A DNA stretch of 64,000 nucleotides from Setoptus koraiensis (taxonomy: Eukaryota > Animalia > Arthropoda), in the NCBI GenBank assembly GCA_048013815.1, contig CM106585.1, positions 16,244,001 to 16,308,000 on the forward strand, written 5' to 3'. Within the stretch, counting starts at the first letter, position 1. Every line of letters starts with the position of its first letter. The notes under the pieces were generated by a model, which saw nothing but the letters and a program-made list of their open reading frames with translations, had not been told where the DNA came from and searched no databases. The position numbers and the translations under genes were made by a program. This document shows, one piece after another, positions 1 through 11,130 of the stretch.

Positions 1-726
1 TATGATACATCGTTATTATTGTTTGCCGTGGACACACAGCTTTGATTTGTTCCCTGCGATTGCCCATTTGTTGTGGTCTCGTTAACGTTGCCACCAATAA
101 CAGTTTCGGTTTCATGCAATCGGTTGTTGTCCTGTGGTGCACACGTTGTGGTTGATTGTTGTAGTTGTGGTTGTGCATTATGATGATGATGATGGTGGTG
201 ATTGCGATTTTGCGATTGAATTGATGTGATATTAAAGGGTGAAGAGGGCAAAAATACGGCGCTTGGCGCTATAAGAAAAGATTTACATTGGAATAAATAT
301 GCTTTTGTTCAGTATTATCATCGTGATTTTTTGACAACTACTTCTACTGCTAATGCTATCGCTATTAATTAACAATTCATATAATTAATAGATTCGAATG
401 ATTCTTTTTTTCATTGTGTGAATCTCCATTCAAGATGGACGCGAATGTGCCACAATGATACACATTCATTGCTGAGAGAACAAAACTTGGACGCCACATT
501 GTGTGCCACCATGAGCGAACTTTTTCATTTCCAAGAAATCAAGCGCCATCTTCTACATGTGGACACACATGCTCACAACAGTGTCAATGTGCGTGTGTGT
601 TGCGCATCATATTGAATAACAGAATAACTAGATCAATGATCGAATTATTCAATTTGAACATATTGGCGCGAAATATTGCTCACAATTTCAGACTATCAAT
701 AGGCTAGTTTCTAACTTTGCTGCAAA

Positions 727-1531
727 CTAGGGGCACCAGTCTTGATACTTACGGTTATACAAGGCTCTCTCGTCAAATTGTCTTTCACCGAGCATTGGGG
801 TGTTGCTCATTGCTGAATTATCTTTCAGCGCTTTTCTAGCTAGATGACCTCTAACCAGGGCTTGGATTTTGATCACGGCATCCTCGACTTCTTGTTGGCC
901 AGAAACGGGAGAGGGCGATTCAGTTGGTTTAGGTTGTACTGAGGGCGCTGATCTATAAACAATGTGCTGCGAATTTGTGCGGAGCAAGAAGCATATACGT
1001 GTCAGAAAAGGTATGATTGGGACTGAAAACAAATGACAATTGCGGATTGGTCTAATGCGATACTCACTGGCCGGCTAGTTGGACTAGTTTCATTGGACTC
1101 GTTCACTGGATATCGTTGAGGCGCTATCGAAGAGCTCAATTGAGTAGGTTGATCTTGTCTAGGTGATGCTGGTCGAGCTATATTTGCTTTAGTCGCTGTT
1201 GTTGTGATCGCCTGTTGATTGGTTGCTCTCGGTTGCTGACTATTTCGACTATGGCTGTCTGAGGTGGCTAATGTAGGTCCGGTAGAATGTTGGGGCTGTT
1301 TCTTTGTGTGGCCTCCGCTGGCAGTGCTTGCGGTTACCTTATGAGTATCATCTAGGAATCGGTTTGGATATTTAATTAAGATTGCAATTAGTTGCCAGAT
1401 CATAGAATTATTTTAATGTTTAATTATTATTAGTATTCCTCTATGTCATCTAAATTACCTGAACTACCACCACTGCCATCACCGCCGCTACCGCCACTTC
1501 TCTTAAATAGTTTAGAAAAGAAATGGCCCAT
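727..1531 (-). CDS. Small N-myristoylated IQ-motif (calmodulin-binding) protein, 3 exons, ~198 aa
   Basis: Exons 1531-1459, 1351-1068 and 966-727 have GT..AG introns of 107 and 101 nt with matching phases (1, then 0); total 597 nt. N-terminus MGHFFSKLFKR followed by a Gly/Ser linker; IQ motif KIQALVRGHLARKAL in exon 3. The exon-3 acceptor is the least certain boundary. Confidence 0.7.
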
Positions 1532-4045
1532 CAGGTATGTCTATTAATGGGTTATTGGTTTGTTGAAAACTACAATTAATTCTCACAATAATGTTGCTAT
1601 AAATGATGATATACGCTAGCGATTATGATCAGTATAATATGTTGTGGCTATGCAAGGTACGATATCTGGTGGTTTTACGAAATGTGATTGTATTTACTTG
1701 ATTTATGTTATATAATTGACGCTGTGATTGTAATAACAAAACTAATTAGTTATATAAGATACAAGAGGTTGCAAGGTCGAACATGGACAAAAACAAGTAT
1801 CATCATCTATAGGTCATGATTTTATTTATGAGATGAGAGGTTAAGAGTATTAATAATAACTACACTTTCGACTCTACGTGTCGACACAACTCATCTATGA
1901 AAAAGTTCCGACCATCTAGTTGGCTCAACTGCTGGAAGACATTAAAATTGGTAGACTCAAATTTTTGCATACATCATCGTATGTGATAAAATTAGTTTGT
2001 CGTCGTTGTCGCTTGTAGGTTATGGTATTTGACTCTGTAGGTATTCTTGTTTGTTAAGTAGCATTGTGTTATCAGGAATAGCGACTTAATGAGTGCTATA
2101 TGCCACTGGCAACTATAACGCTGTAAAAAAGGGGATCAAGTGCAACAGAAACAGTGCGGATAAGTTGTTGTTTGTTGAGCATCCTCTGGGAATTATCCAC
2201 TAGCCAACTGCCACTACTCCTACTTTTAGTATGTAAGTCATCACAATACAAGACATAATAACAAGTTAGGATAAACTACTACCGCAGTTAGCGAGATATG
2301 TTATGAACAAAAAGAATACAGTGATGTGAGTACATGGACTCAGCGTAGTGAGTTGGTGGAATCTTATTCTAGAGGACTCATTGATAGATTTGCGCGACGG
2401 AGAGAGGACTCATTCGAGGGGAATCTGCCTCTCTCTCTTTCTCTGTTTCTCCATCTTATTTGAATGTTCTGTCTGGATTCGATGCCGTTGGAAGTGTTGC
2501 TGGTGTTACATACAGCCAGTGAAGTTTGTATGTTTGTGTCCAGCGTACAGGACCATTTTCGATTCTCAAGATAATTGAACTCGGCAGTAACAGTTTACAA
2601 AAATCATCATTCAAGGAAGAATAAGTATTTCGTCATTTGCGTTTGTTGTTTGACATCAAGTTTAAGGGAATTACCATTGAATTATTACTATTTCATTTTG
2701 AATTGGATCATCTTTCAGAATAAAACACACAGACAGGCCAACACAGATATAGACTGAGATATATACACGACAGAGCTGCTGATATTGCACGCTTGATGTG
2801 ACAAAAACTCGAGTGAGACATAGCGACAACTTATTTGAATGTAGCCAACAGTGTACAGCGGATCTATATTATACTGTATTATACGAGAGACAACAGAGTT
2901 AGAGAGAGATAGTTGTTGTGGATTAGTAGTATACGGCAAACTGGATTAATAATGGCACAACAAAAGTGCTTATTATACACATGTTATTACAGTGTTAAGA
3001 GAGAATAGACTCAGTTGACTTTATCATCCACTAATGCTAATCATATTGAAATAGTGTGAGCAAGAGAGTCGGCCCACTGTTGTGCAGGGCACAAGGAATT
3101 GGCCCCGAGCCAACTCGCATCGACTCTGCCTATGTGGCTCGAAATAAATGGGCGATCATTAATATTAACAACTATTCAAACTCTAGCCATTCCTTATGGG
3201 ACTAACTAACTTTGTTTTATTCTTTATGTCTTTCACACTTGCCATAATGATATGTGTGTGTGTGCAGTGTAACTTATTCTTGCGGCGGCCATCTAGACGC
3301 GGGGCCTGTAAGAATGTCAGCAGCGATCCGACACTAGATTATTTCTTTCAACGCGGCACACCAGAGGTCTCTGCGTTGGAATCGATTAGGTGATAGGATT
3401 TCTTCAGTGATCCGTCAATTCTTGCATCTTCTTACAATGTTCTCTTGTTGCATAACTGTGACGTAGCCAGCTTCCATTAGGTGATACAGTTACACGGTCG
3501 TGTTTGTGGCGCGTGCACGATGTTTGGCACATCATACATGCGACATTCATTAATTGATAGTTTAATAATTAATTAATTAACTAATTAGACAATTTTTGCA
3601 TTAATTAGTTTTTTAATTGATGCTCGCAGTTGATTAGTGCGCGCGATATGACACGAATGAAGCGAGCTGTATGCTGTGTGCACAGTGCAGTGATGGCAGT
3701 ACAGTATTAAAATGATCAATTTAAAAAACGAACACTGTGCTCGTTCCAGCCCCCCCCCCGCCAGAACACGACGCAACCGCTTGTGGGAGCCCGATCGAGG
3801 GGCGGCAACTCTGCCAGGGGGACGGTGAGAGAAGAAACGCGCCTGCTGCTTAGAGAGTGTCGCTGTGTCCTGCGCTGGCGCGATTCGTTGCATAATGTGA
3901 TCGATATGGACCATCTGCGCGCATTGCTGTCTTTGGCCAACTGTTGATTGTGCACACTCGGCACACCGTTGCCCACAGGGGGCCCCTTTAGTTACGCAAA
4001 GTGCCCCTTTGGTTTCATTGGAACCGTTAGTTTGGGAAAGAGTTT

Positions 4046-4189
4046 CAATACTTTGAGTACCCGAAGCAATACTTTTGTCACACAAAACAACACTTTTATT
4101 ACGCAAAGCAATACTTTTGTTACGCAAAGCAACACTTTTATTACGCGAAGCAATACTTTTGTTACGCAACGCAATACGTTGCGCACAAG
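4046..4189. repeat. 21-bp minisatellite, ~6.8 copies (consensus CAATACTTTTGTTACGCAAAG)
   Basis: Units start at 4046, 4067, 4088, 4109, 4130, 4151 and 4172. Confidence 0.9.
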
Positions 4190-6038
4190 CAACCGTTACT
4201 TGTTGCCCAGAAATAGAGCCCATTCACACCCCGTTCGCAGCCGTCATCCCATTCAAAACTGTTGCATCTGGAACAAACACAAAGGCAGTTTATCGTGTCG
4301 TGTCTGCCCGATTACGTGCTGCACATAACAACACGTAATATGTTTACTGTTGATGTGTGTTTCGGCATTGTGTTCGGCCCGTACCGGTCGTTGCACAACA
4401 CACGCACACACATGCATTGTGCTCCGAATAAAATGAGAGCAGCAGCTGGCATGGGAACCACTCACAACCGTCAGGTTCCCACAATAGCGACGCACACATG
4501 TTACATAACACAATGGTGGGTAACTAACTGTTGCTGGTGTTCGTTGCATAACTGTCCGCTATTATCGGTATATATATTGTGCCGGCATGTGCGCGTAAAA
4601 AAGCTCATCCATCTGAGAACTGCCCCTGTTGACCGGTCATTGCACGCGCCCGTGAACCCGAATGGACCCGAACTGTCGGGGGCATGCACCATGCAAATAT
4701 GCTGCGATGGCATCCTTGAACTTGTCAGAGTAATGTAGCACTGCTCTAGTGGCGCTAGTAATGAGAAATCGTATCAGTGCTGTTGTCCCTCAAACAATGG
4801 TTTCGATCGTTGGACCATATTTCAACTGAAACAGCGGTGTGTTCTTCGAATTCTTTCGGAGCGTCAGTAACGGTGTGCTGAATGTTACAACCAAGTTTAG
4901 CGAAGAATGTGAGCGAAATGCAGAATGTTAGAGCCATATTGCCGACGCTTCGCGCGCTCAATGATTGCATTTCGATCAACAAACTAAATCAGCGCCAGGG
5001 GTGTTTTGGGTTTGCAAAAACTCACTTTGTTACCTTTTTGGCAACAGCAAGCGAATGTAGTTTCGGAAATCGTTCGATTGTATGATTATTGAGACAGTTT
5101 TGTCTGGTTAGTAGATAGCACAACATTATTGGTAGAGCTACAACTGGCAGATGGTCGCTTTTAAAGTAGAGTTTTCAGCTAGATTAGTCGAGGGACACTT
5201 CACTAGCGGTGAATCACGGGCGAAAAGTCCATTGCGTGGCTCGCCACTTGTGTAAAATGTAGCAGATAAACAGGTTTTCTGCTTGGTTTGTTGTTTATTT
5301 GATGTCGTTGTTGCTGCCATTGCTGCCGTTTGAGACGCTCTTGTGGAATCCAGCAACTTGGTGGAGAGAACCGACAAAAGTCAACACTCATGCTCACAGC
5401 ACAATGAACATAATCCAAAGAAAGTGCTCTGTCTACCAGCTTGGCTTGTAATGTGATAATTGCTGTAGTGTATGCAGCAACTACTCACGTTAGCAAACGC
5501 TAGTTGGTAAGCTCAACAATCTCAACTATTTAATAGCATCGTCAGAATTCATTCGCTCTCAAAGAGCGAACTGCTAGCTTAACTCACCTGTTGCGCACCT
5601 GAAACATGTTTTGTATTGGCACGACTGGCGGGATGACTCATCGCTGTTTTTTATTTTATTATTATTTTTATGTATATGTGTAAACCTTATCTCGCTTGAA
5701 GATGTCTCGATATCGCGATGCGAGCAATGCAGACAGTTTTGTATTTTCTCTACCAACGATGTCTTTCCTATTATCCTCGTTGTATATTCGCATGTAATTC
5801 ATTTACGTTTGTCCATTTGTTGTTCACATTCGCCTCCAGTATACATTGAAACACAACAATATTATTATTATTATTATTGGTAGTATTTGAAACAAACAAT
5901 ACCAATACAATTAGATTATTCCAGAACCGGCAAAGAGAGACAGCAAATAAGTGCAATCACATGATTAGTCGATAAAGACAATACTCGAACCAGATAAAAT
6001 TACATTGATCAGTGAGGGACTAAATTGCACTTCTAAAC

Positions 6039-8117
6039 ATGGCCGATCAGCAAGAATATTGTGTGTCTAAGGCCAAGGAAAACGAACAACTGGCAGTGAG
6101 AGACTTGATCAGATATGAAGAAGAACAAGATAGCAGCAAGCCAGTTCAACCTGTGTCGTTTTGGTCAATGTCGCAGCCAGCGTCTGGCCCAGGGCTACCC
6201 AGCCTCACTACCAACAACAAATATCCGTCCTCTGTTATGGCTGTGAGCACAGAAATGACGAGCTCCGTGTTTGACAAAAGAGCCCGTCTGCCATTTCTCA
6301 TAATGTTCAACAACAACGACGACGAAAACAGAATCCAAGCCTCCATGCCCGTTGTGGGTGCCGAAGATTTAGAGAAGCCCAGGGTCAGCGAGGAACTGGC
6401 AGCCAGTCGGGCCGGACAATCGTTGCCCGCTTGCGCCATTGGTTCATCGGAACAACGCACCACTTTGAATTCAATCGCCGAGCAACCAGCAGAACAAATG
6501 ATGGACGTGACTAATCACGGCGATAGCTTGAGCGATAAAGACATGGTCAACATCACACCAGAGTCAACATGTTCCCCAGTGGTGCAAATTCAAACGCAAG
6601 AAGATGACCGGGACACACTAAACGAATTGTCGCAAACAGTCTCAAATCAGAGCCCAACATCAACCAACAAATTAAGTTTGAATCCAGGCCAGCAGACATA
6701 TTCAAGTATTGGCGACAGTTTAATAGATCTCATCATAAAACTGAGAGAAGAGAACACAATATTGGCGCAGGCGATCGATGCCAACAATCGCTACGTCAAG
6801 GAGCGCCTAGTTGAGGCGAAAGAAATCCACGAGTTGGCTCAAACGAACGAGCGACAGTTTGCGGTTGAACGGATTGAATATCAGGCTCAAATAAGTAAAT
6901 TACAACGCCAGAATACATTCTTGAGCGAACGACTGAAGAATTTAGAGGCTGCTAAGAAGCGTGGACAGTCTGGCGTGTCCGAACAAGATGCCAGTTCTGG
7001 CACGGATTCTGGCGATGCTCTGCTTAGTGCGGCCATGGATAGAATTTATCCTGTTCTCGATCACCATGACTCCTTCTCCAATCCCTATACGAGATCGGCG
7101 CCCAACAGCAGCAATGTCTCCAGCTCGAATGCTCAGCTGGACACCATACAAGAGTGCCAATCGACCACCACCACTAACGTGTCTGGCCTCAATGACGACC
7201 AAATGACCACTATCGATTATGATAGGCACAGGGTGCAACCAACGGCACCGCCAATGTCTGTGTCATCGAGTCACCACCATGGCCACCAGCATCAGCAAGA
7301 ATCGACAGATATTACCTACCCGAAAGCTCCGCAGCTAATCGAACGACCTGCTCAAGCGACGCAAACAAGCCTAGAGGATCCGATGAAACAATGCGACAAA
7401 TTGGAGCAACGACTCAATGACATTGGTAAGAAAGATTGCGAAATTACGCAACTACAAAATAGACTGAATCTTTATAGGCGAGATTATGGCTTTGAGCCGA
7501 TAGAAAAGCTAGAAGCACAACTGCAAATAGAGAAGCTCAGAAATGACATCGATCGATTGTGTCTGAAAAGGCTACAAGAACAACAACAAGGCAACAAGGG
7601 ATCGCCAACAGCATCAAGTGGGAGCACCAGCGAAAGCGATAACGGATCCGGGGCGCTGCCAGCCCAGGGTCGACATCGGCGAGGCGCGCACAAGTTGAGG
7701 CGTCATCATCGGCACCAACGTCATCATCAAGACGAGGCCGGGCCAACTGGAAGCTCAACTACTTTTTCTTCGGGTAGTTCGCCCTCGGTCATTGGTAAGC
7801 TTGGCAACCATCTTGGAAAGAAGGCCCTCAAGCATGCGGCAAAGGCAGCTAAAAAAGCCCAGATACATGCGGCCAAAATGGAGAGCGAACATGAGAATGC
7901 CATGAAGGATCATCATGTGCATTCATCGTCGAGAAGGAGAAGCAACCCTGGTTCAGATATGGTTAATGGGTTGTTCTCTACGGCAAACAAGGCCGTACTG
8001 ACAGGCTACAAGATCGCCTCTAACGTTGCCTCAAATCATGTGAATCTGGCCCTGGAAAGGCTCAATCAGCAGTACGACCAAGCTAATGCTCAGCAAGCGC
8101 CCAATAAACAGCAGTAG
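6039..8117 (+). CDS. NEMO/optineurin-like coiled-coil protein with degenerate UBAN-like region, 692 aa, single exon
   Basis: Long ORF. LREENTILAQAIDANNRYVKERL resembles the NEMO/optineurin N-terminal coiled coil. LQNRLNLYRRDYGFEPIEKLE resembles the UBAN segment. No C-terminal zinc finger. Confidence 0.65.
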   Translation: MADQQEYCVSKAKENEQLAVRDLIRYEEEQDSSKPVQPVSFWSMSQPASGPGLPSLTTNNKYPSSVMAVSTEMTSSVFDKRARLPFLIMFNNNDDENRIQASMPVVGAEDLEKPRVSEELAASRAGQSLPACAIGSSEQRTTLNSIAEQPAEQMMDVTNHGDSLSDKDMVNITPESTCSPVVQIQTQEDDRDTLNELSQTVSNQSPTSTNKLSLNPGQQTYSSIGDSLIDLIIKLREENTILAQAIDANNRYVKERLVEAKEIHELAQTNERQFAVERIEYQAQISKLQRQNTFLSERLKNLEAAKKRGQSGVSEQDASSGTDSGDALLSAAMDRIYPVLDHHDSFSNPYTRSAPNSSNVSSSNAQLDTIQECQSTTTTNVSGLNDDQMTTIDYDRHRVQPTAPPMSVSSSHHHGHQHQQESTDITYPKAPQLIERPAQATQTSLEDPMKQCDKLEQRLNDIGKKDCEITQLQNRLNLYRRDYGFEPIEKLEAQLQIEKLRNDIDRLCLKRLQEQQQGNKGSPTASSGSTSESDNGSGALPAQGRHRRGAHKLRRHHRHQRHHQDEAGPTGSSTTFSSGSSPSVIGKLGNHLGKKALKHAAKAAKKAQIHAAKMESEHENAMKDHHVHSSSRRRSNPGSDMVNGLFSTANKAVLTGYKIASNVASNHVNLALERLNQQYDQANAQQAPNKQQ

Positions 8118-8347
8118 TATCCTATGAAACACACTTTTGGTTGGCGGGCGATATTTTGTCTGGGAGACTTTAGGCCAAAAATAATCTTCACATCTTGACA
8201 TCATCAACTTTTACTAGTTATCACTAGCGCAAGCCCTCTGACCGAAGTGGGGCCCGTTGTTTGTTTTTTATTCAAAGAATACTTAAAGCATTGTACACGT
8301 CCATGTTGAATCATTAAAATATCTAGAACAAGCAACAACCCTTGTGA

Positions 8348-8520
8348 TTACGCCTGTTTTTTCGACAATCTTGCATAGAATTTAATGATAGCGGCTCGAA
8401 CCTCATCGCCCATCCAGGTGTCTTCGAGAGTTGCAATTGACTTCATCGACTTTCGATAGCCTGTCGCGTTTGTGAGTCCGTGCGTCAATATCACGCGCTC
8501 TCAGGATCTCTGAGTAAACT
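8348..8520 (-). pseudogene. ECI2: 3' fragment of a duplicated ECI2 gene, frameshifted
   Basis: Reads EDTWMGDEVRAAIIKFYARLSKKQA* versus LGTWMGDEVQAALVKFYTKAANKKK* in the intact gene at 11131. RDRLSKVDEVNCN lies in another frame: there are 10 nt instead of 12 between TGCAAC and ACCTGG, a 2-nt deletion. Confidence 0.8.
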
Positions 8521-8678
8521 GATGACATTTGCTCCAACAAATTGGATTACATGGCGGGTCCAGAAGATGTAACGTGCTATATTGTATTGATTTGGGTTAC
8601 ATCTATCGTCGAAATTGATGCCACGTTTTTGCGTAGTTTTTCGTTGGTATTGACTGAACAGCGGCATGTCTATTGAAT

Positions 8679-9140
8679 CTAGCTATAAAGTCCGGCTATG
8701 TCCAATTTACGAAAGAGCTCCTTGTCGAAGTTGAGATTATCGTCATATAACAGTTCGTGCCGGATAATGGAGTCCACGTCACATCTAAGCCCCCCATCTA
8801 ATTTTCTCAAATCTATATCTATGTTGTAGTAACTACTCAAAGCGTAGTTTTGACCTTGACTAAAATGTTGCATTTTTTCATGTTGGTAGCATGGTGGTTG
8901 TTGCTGCAAAGTATTCGGTTGCTGCCTCTGTGGCATGGAGGATGGTCGCGGCCTTTTCATTGCCCTGGGTTTTTGGCCCTTGGTAGATTTGTTTGCGCTC
9001 AGGTTATTAATATATCTGGAGGTTTCGTTGTGCACCTTTGCATCTAGTACCGGCTGGCTTTTCTCATAAATCATCGCTTTCTCCACATGTTGTTCTCGTA
9101 ATTTTTGTAACCTAGAATCATTTGGAGGTTCTGTGCTCAT
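8679..9140 (-). CDS. Short (153 aa) paralog of the Mastermind-like/FOXO-TAD protein
   Basis: Intact ORF. N-terminal RLQKLREQHVEKAMIYEKSQPVLDAKVHNET and C-terminal DIDLRKLDGGLRCDVDSIIRHELLYDDNLNFD both align with the 12898-14046 protein. Confidence 0.75.
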   Translation of the reverse strand: MSTEPPNDSRLQKLREQHVEKAMIYEKSQPVLDAKVHNETSRYINNLSANKSTKGQKPRAMKRPRPSSMPQRQQPNTLQQQPPCYQHEKMQHFSQGQNYALSSYYNIDIDLRKLDGGLRCDVDSIIRHELLYDDNLNFDKELFRKLDIAGLYS

Positions 9141-9813
9141 GGTGGTTACAATACAAACAGTCCTAAGTTTCCACTGGTCCCGAAATGTCGTTTCCTATTA
9201 TTCCTATGAGCGTTTGTTAAGCGACAGCATCGATAGAGAATTTAAGATGAAATGAACGATTTTAACTGATCTCTGAAATACAAAATCAAAAAAAATACAT
9301 GGTCACATGGGTACATCCAATACATACCGTATGTAAATGTTTATATTTGAAGAACGATTTTTTGAGCACAGGGCAGTTTAATACTCATGCAGCATCTACT
9401 GGATTTCATGTGGCGCTCGAAGCGCCCCCTTTGGCAGATTGCTGCAACTGCTTTCGAAAGCCATGAATAACGGTCACACAGCTTTCAAGTTGTCAGTTGA
9501 AGTTGTTCAAGTGCCACAAAAACGGAAATCCTCACAAACGGCCTCCATTGCCCCCCAATCTGATGAGCCCCGCTCATCAGCACCATAAATATGAAAAAAT
9601 GTTAGAGAGTGACAAAAGTTTGTCTCGAACAGCGAATGGGTCTCAAAAGATTCAATGGACAACATGTCAGACGGGTTTGGTATACTATCTGACGAAACCA
9701 CTGCCGCGATATTGTCAGCTAGCTAAAACTTATTTTATTGAACCTATTCTTACAATATTCTTCTCGAACTAATGCTGATCATTTGGAACTCTGATCAAAT
9801 CGCTCACACTTTT

Positions 9814-9929
9814 CTATTTACCCTTCCCAACCGGATGTTTGTCGTACCATCCGAAGGCTCCTTTATGCGCGGTCCAAGCACCCATGTCTAGCCAACCCTT
9901 TGTTCCATGTCCATGGTGTTTATGGTGAC
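9814..9929 (-). CDS. Terminal exon of a small His/Gly-rich protein (..GHHKHHGHGTKGWLDMGAWTAHKGAFGWYDKHPVGKGK*)
   Basis: TTTATTAG acceptor at 9931-9930, open frame to TAG at 9816-9814, protein-like Trp/Gly motif. Upstream exon(s) not identified. Confidence 0.55.
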
Positions 9930-9989
9930 CTAATAAATAGAGCAGTAGAGAATGGTATGAATAAAGACCGGCCTAATAAACAATTAGAC

Positions 9990-10525
9990 AAAAAAAAAAC
10001 ATTTATATAACAACAAATTATTTAACATTTCTTAATAAACAAATTCAAATCAATTAAAATACTATTCATCTTTATATAAATCAATAAACTTATTCTATAA
10101 CACTCAATAATACATTCAGCCAAAAACCTATTCAATAATCTAACTATAATAACTAAAAACAACCAACCCAAAATATACCATATTATCCACCATACCATAA
10201 ACATACCAAATCTTCATTTTTTTCAACCATCTCAATACACCCCATACTCACACCCCAACCATCATAACAAAACCTCTCAAAACTTCAAAAAACAAATAAT
10301 AACCAAAATAAATAGATTATTGATATAGAGAAATAATTTCATCACCAACAACCCAATCCCCAAAAACTTACAACCCCTAATTCCCATTACATTACTCAAA
10401 ACCACATATACTAAACACCCTACCACAACCTAATATGTGGCTAAACCCCAAAATCTTACACTTCCAATACTACCTTAATTACCTAACAAAAATCCCAATA
10501 TCACCCCTAACCCAAACATAACGCT
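9990..10525. other. Extremely G-depleted A/C-rich tract; candidate degraded mitochondrial insertion (NUMT)
   Basis: Hand count: 8 G in 500 nt (10021-10520). The minus strand is G/T-rich and translates in the invertebrate mitochondrial code to hydrophobic pieces (FGLGVMLGFLLG, IYLFWLLFVFWSF) broken by stops and frameshifts. No specific gene could be assigned. Confidence 0.4.
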
Positions 10526-11130
10526 ATTTCAGAGTCCACATCGTTAATAGTCACCCTCGAAAGCCAGGATGAGATCCCAGCCTCTACCATCAATCCCCCG
10601 CTTCCGGACCCGGCGGTGGTGGGGGCCCCCCCCCAGGCGTTGATTCGGGTACTCTCTCGACCGCATCACCCTACACGCCCCCAATTGTTGCTGTTGCAAT
10701 CGTAGATGGTTTGAGATGTCTCCTGACAATATGAATCGGTTATTTTTGCCGTTGTTGAGTGAACTAAAGAATAACATTCATCATGTACAAGATATAAGTT
10801 GAAGTACAAGATGAAGATATTACCTGTCCCAAGTGATAATTGTTTGACGGCAAACACATTGTTATTTCAAGTAAGCTCCACCCCGACATTTAACGAGAAT
10901 AAGATTCTTTTTGAATTGGATGTCATCACTTGGTAGATAAGTGTCATATAATAGTGGTTCTAATTTGAGAACAATCAATGAAAAACAGCTATACTTTTTT
11001 TTTATTGAATTCATTTATTCGCTCACAGAATCTAATACTAACTCGGGAGCTATATATTGTATATAAAAATAACTTCTTTCCAAATGGGTACCCATTACTC
11101 GACATCGGATTACAGTTATAGTTATTATAT

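Noticed and set aside
3585-4338. ORFs with heptad-like repeats (IALRNKS, NTFVTQS)
   Set aside because: They are artefacts of the 21-bp minisatellite, which is open in several frames on both strands.
9560-9580. CTGATGAG-containing perfect 9-bp hairpin, considered as a hammerhead ribozyme
   Set aside because: CUGAUGA is itself paired in the stem, and there is no stem II/GAAA core arrangement.
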